The position numbers and the translations under genes are program-made. A stretch of 64,000 nucleotides of DNA from the human T2T-CHM13v2.0 reference genome, Homo sapiens: the NCBI GenBank assembly GCA_009914755.4, contig CP068257.2, positions 26,464,001 through 26,528,000 on the forward strand, given 5' to 3'. Positions 29,108-41,920 of the stretch are shown here, piece after piece (positions within the stretch are counted from its first letter, which is position 1; the number at the start of each line of letters is the position of its first letter). Under the pieces are notes generated by a model. The model was not told the DNA's origin. It made no database searches and worked only from the letters and a program-made list of their open reading frames with translations.

Positions 29108-31314
29108 CTCAGGGGATGGTACTAAACCACTCGTGAGAAATTCACCACCATAATCTCATCACCTCCCACCAGGCCCCACCTCCAAAACTGGGGATTATAT
29201 TTCAACATGAGATGTGGGTGTGAACACAGATTCGAACTATATCATTCTTCCCATGGCCCCTCCCAAATCTCATGTCTGTCTTACATTTCAGAATACAAAT
29301 ATGCCTTCCCAATCATCTCCCAAAGTCTCAACTCATTCCAGCGTTAACTCAAAGACCAAAATTCAAAGTCTCATCTGAAACAAGGTAAGTCCCTTCTACC
29401 TATGAGCCAGTAAAATAAAAATAAAATTCTAAAAATTAAAAAAAAAAACAAGTTAGTCACTTCTAAGACACAATGATGGTACAAGCATTGGGTAAACACT
29501 CTTATTCCAAAACGGAGGAATCAGCTAAAAGAAAGGGGCTACAGGTCTTATGCAAATCTGAAACTCAGCACAGTAGTCATTACATCTTAAAGCTTCAAAC
29601 CAATATCCTCAGACTACATGTCTCACATCCAGGGCACACTGATACAGGGGTGGGCTCCTAAGATCTTGCCCAAGTGCCACCCCTCTGGATTTGTAGGATT
29701 CTGCCCCAGAGGTTGCTCTCACAGGTTGTTATGTGCCTGCAGCTTTTCCACAGCAAGGGTGCAAACTGCCAGTGGATCTACCCAGTCTGGAGGATGGTGA
29801 CCTTCTTCCACAGCTCAACCAATGAGAACTCTGTCTGTGGGATCTGACCCACATTTTCCCTCTGTACTACCCTGGTAGAAGTTTTCCATGAGGACTCTGC
29901 CACTTCAGCAGGCTTCTGCCTGGACACCTAGGCTTTTCTATACATCCTAGGAAATGTATGCAGAGGTTCCCAAGCCTCAAACACTCTTGCATTCTGTGCA
30001 CCTACAAAGTAAACACCATGTAGAAGCCACCAACACTTATGGCTTGCACCCTCTGGTGCTGTGGCCTAAGCTGTTCCTGGACTACTTTGAGCCACTGCTG
30101 GAGCTGAAGCTGACAGGATACAGGGAGCCATGTCCTAAGGCTGTGCAGGGCAGCAGGGCCCTGGGCATGGCCCACAAAACCATTCTCTCCTCCTAGGCCT
30201 CAGGGCCTGTGATGGAAAAAGCTGCCCCTTAGATCTCTGAAATACCTTCCAGGCCTTTTTTCCCATTGTCTTGGCTAGCAGCACTTGCTTTCTTTTCACT
30301 AATGCAAATTTCCACAGCAAGTGGTCACTCAGCAACCTACTTGAATTTTCCCTGAAAATGAGGTTTTCTCTTCTACTATATGAACAGGCTTCAAAATTTC
30401 CAAACTTTTACAATTTGCTTCCATTTTAAATATAAGTTCTAGCTTTAAATCATTTATTTGCTCCTGCATATGAGTATAGGCTGTTAGAAGCAGCCATACC
30501 ACATCTTGAATGCTTTGCTGCTTAGAAATTTCTTCTTCGAGATACCCTAAATCATTACTCTTAAATCCAAAGTTCCACAGATCCCTAGGGTGGGGGCATA
30601 ATGCAACCAAGTTCTTCACTAAGGCATAACAAAAGTGACCTTTGCTCCAGGTCCCAGTAAGTTGTTTATTTCCATCTGAGACCTTGGTAGCCTGGACTTC
30701 ACTGTTTACATCACTATCATTATTTCTGTCACCATCAGTTAACCAATGTCTAAGATGTTCTAGTTTTCTTCATCTTCCTGTCTTCTGAGCTCTCCAAACT
30801 CTTCCAACCTCTACCTGTTACTCAATTCCAAAGTTGCTTCCACATTTTCAGGTATCTTTATAGCAATGTCCCACTCCTCGGTACCAATTTTCTGTATCAG
30901 ACCATTCTAATATTGTTATAAAGAAATACCTGACACTGAGTGATTTATAAGAAAAGAGGTTCAATTGGCTCATGATTATACAGGCTTTACAGAATGCACT
31001 GCAGCATCTGCTTCTGGAAAGGCCTCAGGAAGCTTCCAATCATGGCAGAAGGTGAAAAGGGAGCAGGTGTGTCTATCACATGGTGAAAGCAGGAGCAAGA
31101 ACAAGAGTGGGGGAGGTGCCAAATACTTTTAAACAAAATAATCTTCTGATAACTCATTCACTATCAGGAGGACGGTACAAAGAGGATGATGCTAAACCAT
31201 TCATGAGAAATCCACCCCCATGATCCAATCACCTACCACCAGGCCCCAACTCCAACATTGGGAATTACGTTTCAACATGAGATTTGGGTGAGGACACATA
31301 TTCAAACTATATCA
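29108..31314 (-). mobile_element. Near-full-length ERVL-MaLR element (THE1/MST class). It comprises a truncated LTR at 29108-29245, the internal region at 29246-30892, and a complete LTR at 30893-31314.
   Basis: Both LTR copies end '...gg(g)tg(a/t)g(g/a)acaca.a(t)tc(g/a)aactatatca'. The internal region carries THE1-int motifs: 'tcccaaagtctcaactcattccagcgttaactcaaagaccaaaattcaaagtctcatctgaaaca', 'ttatgcaaatctgaaactcagcacagtagtcattacatcttaaagcttcaaacc', and 'gcaccctctggtgctgtggcctaagctg'. Confidence 0.8.
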
Positions 31315-32301
31315 CTGACCTTGAAGCCACTTAATTCCTTTATGCATGCCACCATGCTGTGCATGTAATAGTGAAGACTTAATTCTTCCTCTGAGTCATG
31401 AGAACTGCAGGGGCCAAAATATCAAAAATCATCTTTCACTTTTTATATTAAAACCAAAAAACAGGTTTCAGGAGGGTCATGTCTTAGAGTCTAGGGAAAG
31501 AAATGCTGTAAATTTTACTATGGATACAATGCTGACCAGAAAAAAAAAAAAAACTGTTGAAAAAGTGAAGCTCATTCACTGTAGCTGATGTGGCCCCAGT
31601 TGCTGTGTAATTTGCTTGTAAAACAAATAAATTTTCTCTTCCCTCAAGAATTTATGGTCTGATGGAGAAGGGAATCATTAAAGTTCTATGTAGTGAGATA
31701 TCCCCAAGGGGTGTATTAGGCTTACCACCACTGGAATCTGGATAGATGAAGACAGAGTGGCAGGGAAGTCGTATTAAGGTTCTGTTTCTGCTGGGAGCCA
31801 CAGGTCCTCAGGAAGCAACAAGTACTGGGCAGATTGATACTGTAGCTGGGCTCTAGCTCTATACCTCTAGAATAAAGGTTACAAACTAGCAACTTGAAAG
31901 CTAAACCTGGCCCACAGATATGTTTTATTTGGCTCTTACACTGTTTTAAAAAATATTACCAACATTTAAAACTGGGAAGTTTTATGAAAAAACCCAGACT
32001 TCTGGATTCTGTTGAAAAAAAAAATCAGAAGATCTGGCAATACTGAGCTGACATTCCTATATGACAACAATTGGCTGGATCTATGCAGCTTCTCTCCAAA
32101 AAGCAAAGAATGTGTTCTTGCTTAACACAGTCCCCACCACTCCCTCATATTCTCCAATCCTGGACCTGAGCGTCATTTGCTATGTATCGCCATTTGCCAT
32201 GAAGTTTTACACTCTACAGAAATATAATTTTTTTGTAGAAGACTATGCTTTAATCAAGATCAGGATAATATAAAGTGAGATCTGAAAGTGGAAAAAAGAT
32301 A

Positions 32302-32707
32302 AATGTCCAACAATGATAGACTGGATTAAGAAAATGTGGCACATATACACCGTGGAGTACTATGCAGCCAAAAAAAACGATGAGTTCATGTCCTTTGTAG
32401 GGACATGGATGAAGCTGGAAACCACCATTCTCAGCAAACTATCGCAAGGACAAAAAACCAAACGCCGCATGTTCTCACTCATAGGTGGGAATTGAACAAT
32501 GAGAACACTTGGGCACAGGAAGGGGAACATCACACACCGGGCCCTGTTGTGGGGTGGGGGGAGGAGGGAGGGATAGCATTTGGAGATATACCTAATGTTA
32601 AATGACTAGTTTCTGGGTGCAGCACACCATCATGGCACATGTATACATATGTAACTAACCTGCACATTGTGCACATGTACCCTAAAACTTAAAGTATAAT
32701 TTTTAAA
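32302..32707 (+). mobile_element. Young LINE-1 (L1PA-like) 5'-truncated 3'-terminal insertion of about 400 bp, with a target-site duplication
   Basis: It is a near-consensus match to the L1 3' end ('aatgtccaacaatgatagactggattaagaaaatgtggcacatatacacc...gcacatgtaccctaaaacttaaagtataat' plus poly(A)). The flanking direct repeat is 'aaaaagata'. Confidence 0.92.
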
Positions 32708-32816
32708 AAAAGATATTTTCTTATCTAGGTGAGAAACAATCATATACATTTAATGCTTTTTAATTTGCATTATCGATCTAGCCCTGAATCAGGGGAAAAT
32801 CCTCACTCTTTCTTGA

Positions 32817-33157
<341 letters not shown>

Positions 33158-33218
33158 AGATGACCCTTCTTTAACTACATAATATTGACTATGGAATAGG
33201 CCTTGGCATGTAATAAGC

Positions 33219-33251
33219 GAATGAATGAATGAATGAATGAATGAATGAATG
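33219..33251. repeat. (GAAT)8 tetranucleotide microsatellite
   Basis: The run reads 'gaatgaatgaatgaatgaatgaatgaatgaatg'. Confidence 0.9.
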
Positions 33252-33861
33252 AGTTAGAACAGAAAATAATCGAATACCAACCCATTTCTCACACCGCATA
33301 AATCATGAAGGTTCTGAGGAAGGCTCTCTGATCTTTAGGTTGTAAAAGAAACGTGTATATTTTAAATCTCTGCAGGGATATTGACACCTCTCCACCAGCT
33401 GAGAACACCACACAAAATGTGATGGATCTTTGTTTCCAAAAGATGCCCATTACATTCTTTTATAATATCAACCAACAGGGACTTTGAAGGACATGTCCCA
33501 GGAATTTATAATTGAACTTGTCCTGTTCAGTTTTTTTTAAATCAAGAGCTAATAAAGACATGGACAATTTTCTTAACATATTTTTAGGTGACAGTATTTG
33601 GGGAAAGAATGCCTCCAAGCTAGATTGCAGGTTCAGTTTCCAAGACTAGAATTTTAACCACACCACTGATTTAGTTTGTAGGTTCAGTCCACACCATAAA
33701 TGGAGATTTAAAAAAATAAAATACAGGAAACGAGAGACACGACTCAAGAAGAGAACCCTTAAAAAATATGTGGGGAAAAGCCCAACAGAAATGAATGGTG
33801 TCATATGGCCTTCAAGAAAACCTAAATAATGTTAAGGTATTAATAGACATATAGAATTTAA

Positions 33862-34715
33862 GGCTGGGCATGGTGGTTTATGCCTATAATCCCAGCATTT
33901 TGGGAGGCCCAGGTGGAATGATCATTTGAGCCTAGTAGTTCAAAAATGGCCTGGGCAATATAGTGAGAACTTGTCTCTGCAACAAATTAAATAATTAACT
34001 GTGATGGTTAGTATTGAGTGTCAACTTGATTGGATTGAAGGATGCAAAGTATTGTTTCTGGGTGTGTCTGTGCAGGTGTTGCCAAAGGAGATTATTATTT
34101 GAGTCAGAGGACTGGGAGAAGCAGACCTACCCTCGATCTGGGTGGGTGTCATCTAGTCAGCTGCCAGTGTGGCTAGAATGAAGCAGGCAGAAGTTGGAAA
34201 GAGCAGACCTGCTGAGTCTTCTGGCCCTCACCGTTCTCCCGTGCTGGATTCTTCTGGCCCTCAAACATCAGACTCCACGTTCTTCAGCTTTTGGACTCAT
34301 GGACTTACACCAGTGGTGTGCCAGGGCCTCTTGAGCCTTTGGTCACAGACTGAAGGCTACACTGTCAGCTTCTCTAATTTTGAGGTTTTGGGACTCAGAC
34401 TGATCCACCACTGGCTTCCTTGCTCCTCAACTTGCAGATGGCTTCTCACGGGACTTGACTTTATGATCATGTGAGTCAATTTTCCTTAATAAACTCCCTT
34501 TCATATATACACATATTGTATTAGTTCTGTCCCTCTAGAAAATCCTGACTAATACATTAGCCAAGCATGGTGGCATGTGACTGTAGTCCCAGTTGCTCAG
34601 GAGGGTGAGGTGGGAAGATTGCTTAAGCCTGGGTGGCAGAGGCTGCAGTGAACTGAAACCAACCACTGCCCTCCAGCCTGGGTGACAGAGCTCAAAAAAA
34701 AAAAAAAAAAAGAAA
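33862..34715 (+). mobile_element. One old Alu (AluJ/FLAM-like) split in two by an LTR insertion. The left part is 33862-33999 and the right part with its poly(A) is 34557-34715.
   Basis: The left piece 'ggctgggcatggtggtttatgcctataatcccagcattttgggaggcc...gtctctgcaacaaattaaataattaa' stops at about Alu position 135. The right piece resumes '(c)attagccaagcatggtggcatgtgactgtagtcccagttgctcaggag...' plus A18. Orientation and Alu coordinates are colinear across the gap. Confidence 0.8.
34000..34556 (+). mobile_element. ERVL-MaLR-class solo LTR (same family as 13483-13967) inserted into the Alu
   Basis: It starts 'tgtgatggttagtattgagtgtcaacttgattggattgaaggatgcaaagtattg' and ends '...ttagttctgtccctctagaaaatcctgactaataca'. 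The flanks 'ttaac' and 'ttagc' form a 5-bp target-site duplication with one mismatch. Confidence 0.75.
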
Positions 34716-34827
34716 TGTAAAGTGCTAGCCCTTCCACACTGTGTACGTGTCAAACCTTTTCCAGTTGGTATTTTCACATCTTAGTATTGCAAATGTTGGT
34801 ATGCATGCACATGTGTTGTGTGTGTGC

Positions 34828-34878
34828 TGGTGGTAGTGGTGGTGGTGGTGGGGTGTGTGTGTGTGTGTGTGTGTGTGA
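34828..34878. repeat. (GGT)n followed by (GT)n compound microsatellite
   Basis: The run reads 'tggtggtagtggtggtggtggtggggtgtgtgtgtgtgtgtgtgtgtgtg'. Confidence 0.9.
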
Positions 34879-37800
34879 AAAAGGCAATACAGGAATGGCA
34901 GAAGCAGAAATACGGAGTCAAAATCATGTCATAGGAAAAACATTATGTAAATTGGGATTTATTACTTGCACAAATGATACGAAAGCCATGCATAAGTTTT
35001 ATTCAAAAGGATGATTAGGTTTAGAGTAATTGGATCTATTTCCTCTGTAGCTCTGAGAGGTAAAAGTAATATTAAAGAACAAAAGTTTAACATAAGAAAT
35101 TTTTTTTCAAAATGGAATCATCCCCTCACCTAAAATAAATAGATAAAATAGACTATCAAAGGGAAATCATTTGTTGTTACTACCCTTTTCTTGCCCAATC
35201 GAGGCTTGGAGAAGTATCAGACTATATGATATTTAAGATCCCTCCCATCACTGGGAACTTGTCATTTGATGGAAATAAAAAATGAAAGAAAAATGTTTGG
35301 TCCTCAACCTTTTAAATCCAGACACTTGATGATTGTTACCACTTTACGTCAGATCGACCTTACTTTCATGGAAAATTGTCATTTTTTGGCCACTCAGCAT
35401 CCAAACGAACTTTCTCTTTCTGAGATATTTACTCCCATTACCTCCCAACAGACTTGGCCAATAAGATGTTCCTGCCTAAGACTTTGAATCTGGAATGGGG
35501 AACACAGAGAACATGAGCAACGAAGAATTATTCACAGCACAGCACAGCAGTGCTGACAGCATCGACAGTCCTGTGGTGCCAGCAAGAATCCAAAAGAAGT
35601 GTCCTACATAAATTCCCTTAATCACTGACCATTTAATGAGGCTGATTCAGCCTCATACAAATTTTGTATGCTTCTTCATACAATTTTTAATTGTGCTGTA
35701 AAAGTTAACCAGAGACAATTTCTGTTGCTTGCACACAGTAAGTTGACTAAGCAAAAAAATTCAGGAGAGATTATTTTATAGAAGTCAATGCAAATGCATT
35801 AATTTACAAGAAGTGAAACTGCAAGTTCACTTTGCTGCCTTATGGCCAGCATATTCTCTTACAAGGGAAGTCTATATGGCAATCTGTGTTATGATCAGAA
35901 GATTTGGGAAAGATGGAATCTGTGAGAGAGTTTTATGACACACGGTTACAACTGATCACAGGATCAAACACTAAAACTCCAATATATATATTTATTCTTA
36001 TTAGCAAAGCTTTTATGCTATGGAGGAAAAAGAAAAAGAAATAAGAAATTCTGAGTTTCTCTAAACTTCCAGTATGTGGATGAGTTAAAAACTATGTCAT
36101 CTTGGATTCCCCATTTTAAATATTTCATAATAATGCATTATAATTGGTACATGTTAATATCAATTTTTTCTTTTGCTGTTTTTGAAGTGGTGTGAATCAC
36201 CTGTAACAAGGTTTCCTTATCATCCATTTAATTATTGTCCTATAATATACTTTTCAATACAGCAACTACTTTTTATGTTTTGGGATTACTTTTACTATTG
36301 TTAGATAAAACCTATGGTTGATTGTGTGCCTCTAGAAGAACTTCAAAAGTACAATATAAATCTTGCTAACAATAACTCATTATGGTCAGTGGTTTTTCAG
36401 GATAGTTATTTATCTCAACTACTCATGATGTGAATGTCTTTTAAAATTTGAATAATTGCCCTCTCTGTCAGATACAATATTATTATATTTTTACTGATTA
36501 CATTAAGAATTAGGCAAGATTAAAATTTTCTTTTTGCACCATCATTACTTCTTAAGAACTTAACTGTTGTTGAACAAATAGTACGTGTGTCAGTTATTAA
36601 ATGTAGTCTAAATTCATGAAATAAGAATGTACATATAGCATAGTGGGAAAAACACAGGTTTTAGAATCATATACCATAGAGTTATGTTTCAGTAGTGCTA
36701 CTAATGTATTCTTTGACCCTACGTCAGTCAGCAAACACAACTGAAATCAAGTGGTAACTCTATGTTCCTCCTTTGTGTAATAAGTATTTTTACATGTTTG
36801 AGATCAAATGATATAGTGTGTTAAAATTATTTATAAGCTAAAATATTTTATAAATAATAGCTGTACTTATTAAAAATTAGAGATTAATAAGTTGTTACAT
36901 AAAACACACGTAAGCGATTCAATGTTAGGAAAATATATTTAGCTTTCTCAAAATTTTATTTCATAAAGCAAAGTTTCCTACATTAACTATCCAGCTATCT
37001 GTTGTGTTTTTCATCATCATCACAAATGGATTCAGACTGGCTACCATATAAAAACACTCATAAATTCTAGGAATGCCAGAAGTTCCTGTCCTCAACTATC
37101 TAATTGTATTCTTTAGATAACTTCACATATTATGAAGATAAATAACTAGCGATACAGCAGAACCCATGGTAAATAGCACTGAGTCATGCAGTTAATGAGC
37201 ATAATGTGGACAGAAGAGAAAATCACTGTTGCTTCTGTCCCTTGGAGCAGGTGGACTTCAGCTGAAACTTGAGGGAATACTGTCCATTCTGTTTAGGAAG
37301 CATTGCTAGGAAGAGTGTATTGCCAGCTGCTTGTGTTTTTAAAGTCACTGCATGCATGTGTGGTAATTTGTTATGGCGACATTAGGAAACTCATACAAAT
37401 TTTGATGTCTGAGAGTTATATACTGCTGTAACAAATATCTATAAAATGTCAAAGTGGCTTTGGAATTCGGCAGTGAGTGAGGCTAAGAGAATGTTGAAGG
37501 TCATCCGAGAAAAACTTACATTGTTTTGAACACATTGTTAGTAGAAATGTGGTTGTTAATGATTCTGCTAGAAAGGACTTAGAAGAAAGTGAAGAGAAGA
37601 GCATGGTAGAGAAGGCATAGACTGCGTTAGAGCATACATGAATCAGCATGAACAGACTTAGTAAAAATAGGGACATAAAAAGTACTATTGGTGAAGGCTT
37701 AGAAGGAAATAAAAAACACATTAAAAATTTGAAGAAAGAATTTCCATATTATATAGCGGTAGAAACTTAGCAAAGTTGTCCTACGTTCAGGTGAAAAATA

Positions 37801-38972
37801 GAACTTGTAAATGATGAAATTGAATACGTAAGTAAGGATATTTCCAAGCAAAGGGTTGAAGAAGCTGCCTGGCTTCTTGTTTCTTCTCATAGCAAAATGC
37901 AATGAGAAAGAGATAATTTGAGAAAAGAACCGTTTAAACAAAAAGAAACCAAGACATAATGATTTTGGAAATTCTCAGTTTATTCAGACTGCAAAAGATA
38001 TTAAAATAAAGAAACTCAGTAACAGGGATAGATAATCTAAAGAAAAAGCCTAGGACACGGCTGTAGTAACCTTCTGTTTTTATACCTCAGCAATTTGCTA
38101 ATGCCTCAAAAAGATCAAAAGTACTCAAATATAAAGGGCTCTTTGAAGAGATTAGATTTCCTCAATCAAACCAAAGAGCATCGAGGAAGCTTAAGGTTAC
38201 TGTCCCTCACATATCTCAGCAGAAGGCAAAAATAGAAGACTGATTATCTAAGAAAGATCTCTGAAAGAGTCTCATATTATGGAGTGAACCCCTGTGGCAT
38301 ACATGGGAGACCCACTTGGTTCTTGAGAATTTTATATCAGGAGAAACACTGTCAGTCTGTATTGAAAGGAACAGAGAAAATACGAAATTAAAGAAGACTA
38401 TTAAACCTCCAAAATTCTGGCAGGAAAGAAGCTTACACAGCTACTCAGTTGCAAAGATCTGCCACTTTTCATATACATGAAAGGACTCAGAGGAGGAAGC
38501 CACAGGTTTAGAAGGAAAAGCTAAAAGCAACATCGTATTAGTCTTGGATCTAGGAACCTAATTTCTCTAGCAGAATCTAGAAATGGCTTGGGACAAGTGA
38601 TTGTTTTTTTACCTAGGATTTTCTCCCTCTTGAAAACAGGACTGTCTGTAACTATTATCCTATGCCTGCCCTACCATCATATTTCAGAAACAGGTAACTT
38701 ATGTTTTCACTTTCAAAGATTCACAATAAAGAGAAATTGTACCTCAGAATGGATTATACCAGAGCTTTCCTCATGCATAAATTAAATAATTTAGGTTATG
38801 TGATTTGAAGCTTTTGAGTGGGTGAGGTGACATTTTGGATGCTGAGTTGGTGCCGTAGTGAGTCCAGAATTCTGCGGAACTTGGTTTCGGTTAATGAATT
38901 TTGTAGGTGAGATAGTCTTAAATCTTTAGAGTTTAGAAAGTGGAATGTCCTACCCAGCATAAAAATCCCCCA

Positions 38973-39430
38973 GTGATGTACATGTCCTAGTTCCCAGAAC
39001 CTATACATAGGTTAACATATATGGCAGGCGTGATTACGATTAAATAATTTGATATGAGTAGATTATTGTCAAGGTGGTCCCAATCTCATCACAGCAGTCC
39101 TAATAAGCAGAAAACCTTTCCAGGCTTCCCTGTTGTCAGTGAACCAGGGAAGCCTGGTGTGTGGGAAGAACTCTATTCGCCATTGGTTGCTTTAAAGATG
39201 GAAGGGGCCACAAACCAGGAAATGTGGTTGGTTTCTAGCAGCTGGAAAAGGCAGGAAAGAGATTTTCCCCTAGATCTTCTGAAGAGAAATGCAATCCCAC
39301 TAATACCTTGATTTTAGCTCAGTGAAACTTTTGTCAGACTTCTGACCTATAGAACAACAAGGTAATAAATTATTGTAGTTTTATACGACTAATATTTTGG
39401 TAACTTCAATGGCAGCAATAGAAAACAAAT
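38973..39430 (+). mobile_element. ERVL-MaLR LTR (MLT1-like); the upstream 37440-38970 may be the diverged internal region
   Basis: The 3' module 'ccttgattttagctcagtgaaacttttgtcagacttctgacctatagaacaacaaggtaataaattattgtagttttatacgactaatattttggtaacttcaatggcagcaatagaaaac' matches the MaLR consensus terminus '...ccttgattt.ggacttctgacctacagaactgtaagataataaatttgtgttgttttaagccactaagtttgtggtaatttgttacagcagcaatagaaaactaatac'. Confidence 0.6.
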
Positions 39431-40438
39431 GCATGTAAAAATTATTGCCCATGAAAACTTTGTTTCAGTAATGTATATATACATATATCTCAGTCATATA
39501 GATAAAGAGGTACATACATACATACACATACATATATGCTACAGAAAGTTCACCCTCCTCAAAGTAGTATGCAAATGGACTGTACAAACTGAAACCATGA
39601 AAAGTGATTTTAATAATCAATGGGAAAAATTATAATTGTACCGTAATCTTTAATGATGTTTGTCAAGACTTTACAATCTCTCTTATTGTTGGTTATAAAT
39701 TTACAAAGAATTAAAAGGTAATAAAACTAGTCTTACCTAGTACTCTTTAATTTAAAACACTTGAAACATTGAGGTTGAAGTACTTTACTTCTTTGTAAAA
39801 AACTTAGTATAAATTGTTGATACACTCAACACTTGGATGGAAATTGTTGGGTATTACTTTAAGGGAATTATACTAAATGAAAAAAAATGCAATCTCAACA
39901 GGTAACAAATTGTATATTTTCATTTATAAAATAGTCACAAGATTACAAAATTGTAGAGGAGGAGAATAGATTAATGGTCATAGGACTTAGTTGTTTCGGG
40001 GGAAAGAGGTGGGTATGATTATAAAGGAAGCATGGTTCCTATGCTGCTGGAACTGTTGTGATTGGAGTCGTGGCTACGGAAGGCTACATGTGTGCTAAAA
40101 TTGCATAGAACTGCATATGTACATGTTTATATATGTTTTTATGTTTATTGTCATACAAGATGTTACCATTTGCAGAGTCTAGGTGAAGGGTACATGGGGG
40201 CTCCTTGTATGTTTTTTGAAACTTTCTGTGAATCTATACTTATTTTAAAATATAAATAAAATCTATCAACAGTTTTTGTCCTCTACTTCTTATTTATAAC
40301 AAATGATACAGAGTGAGCATTTTTTTCTATGCATTGACAACTTCTCATATTCCTATCTAACCTTGGACCAACTCTCAAGATTTTATCCTTTGTGCTTTCA
40401 ATATCTGGAAAAAAATCCTGAGATTTCCTTTCATGTGA

Positions 40439-40832
<394 letters not shown>

Positions 40833-41546
40833 CTCACAACCATTTTCTTAATTTACATTAATAAGTTCATCTTCAATGAGTGTCTTTGACTACATACTAA
40901 AGTCTCTCAAACATCAGCTGTGTCAATATTTTCACCCTTAGCTATTTCTTCTATAACTTTGCTTACATTTAATTTAAATTTTACTTACAGTGTTACCACT
41001 TTTTTTTTTTCCTGCACATTTACCTTTGCTGACCAACTCATTTTTTTTGCTCATACTTTTGTTGTAAGCTGTCACCAACTTCCATCACTGGGAAATAAGG
41101 AGGGACACAACTACATGCCTTGGTATTTAAGGGTAAACTGAGTAACAGATCTTCATTGACCAATCACTGACAGACTTCGAAAGAAATGACACAATGACTG
41201 GTCACTGGTAATGATGTACAGTGATTTGTGCACTGTAGGGCTAGCAGTAAAGTTTGTCCTTTAAGCAATTTTTTCCAGGTAATATATCCTGGTAATTAAA
41301 ATTTGAACCTTGTTGCCAGGGGACTGATGTTATTTAACTAAATAAGGCCTGATAATTGAAATCTGTGTCTATCAGAACTATAGAAAGCAAAGAGTTTCTG
41401 GCTATAGAGAGAGCTATATGTATATAAGTCCTGGGTTACAAAGTCAGATGCATTTTTTACTACAATTTTCAATTTTAAAAATTTGATAAACATTGGTAAA
41501 GATGGCATCTGAATAATGTTATTATCTACATTTCCAGTTACACATC

Positions 41547-41920
41547 TGTATTAGCTATTTTCACACTGCTATGCAGAACTACATGAGACTGAGTAATTTA
41601 TAAACAAAAGAGGTTTAACTGACTCACAGTTCCACATGACTCAGGAGGCCTCCAAAAACTTACAGTCATGGCTGAAGGAAAGAGGAAGCAAGGCACATCA
41701 CACTTGGTGGCAGGAGAGAGAGACAGAGAGAGAGAGCTGGGGGGTGGGGATCTGCCAAACACTTTTAAACCATCAGATCTCCTGAGAACTCACTATCATG
41801 AGAACAGCAAGAGGAATTGCCCCCATGATCTAATCATACCCCACAAAGTACCTCCTTTAACACTGAGGATTACAGTTTCAAGATGAGACTTGGATGGGAA
41901 CACAAAGGCAAAGCATATCA
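41547..41920 (-). mobile_element. THE1/MST-type (ERVL-MaLR) solo LTR
   Basis: It starts 'tgtattagctattttcacactgctat', the reverse complement of 'atagcagtgtgagaa..gctaataca'. It contains 'gagtaatttataaacaaaagaggtttaactgactcacagttcc', 'tcatggctgaaggaaagaggaagcaaggcacatc' and 'gccaaacacttttaaaccatcagatctc', and ends '...gatgggaacacaaaggcaaagcatatca'. Confidence 0.85.

Noticed and set aside
29954-30619. ORFs inside the THE1/MST internal region (29954..30196(+), 30329..30619(-))
   Set aside because: MaLR internal regions are non-coding remnants. These ORFs lie in repeat sequence present in thousands of copies.
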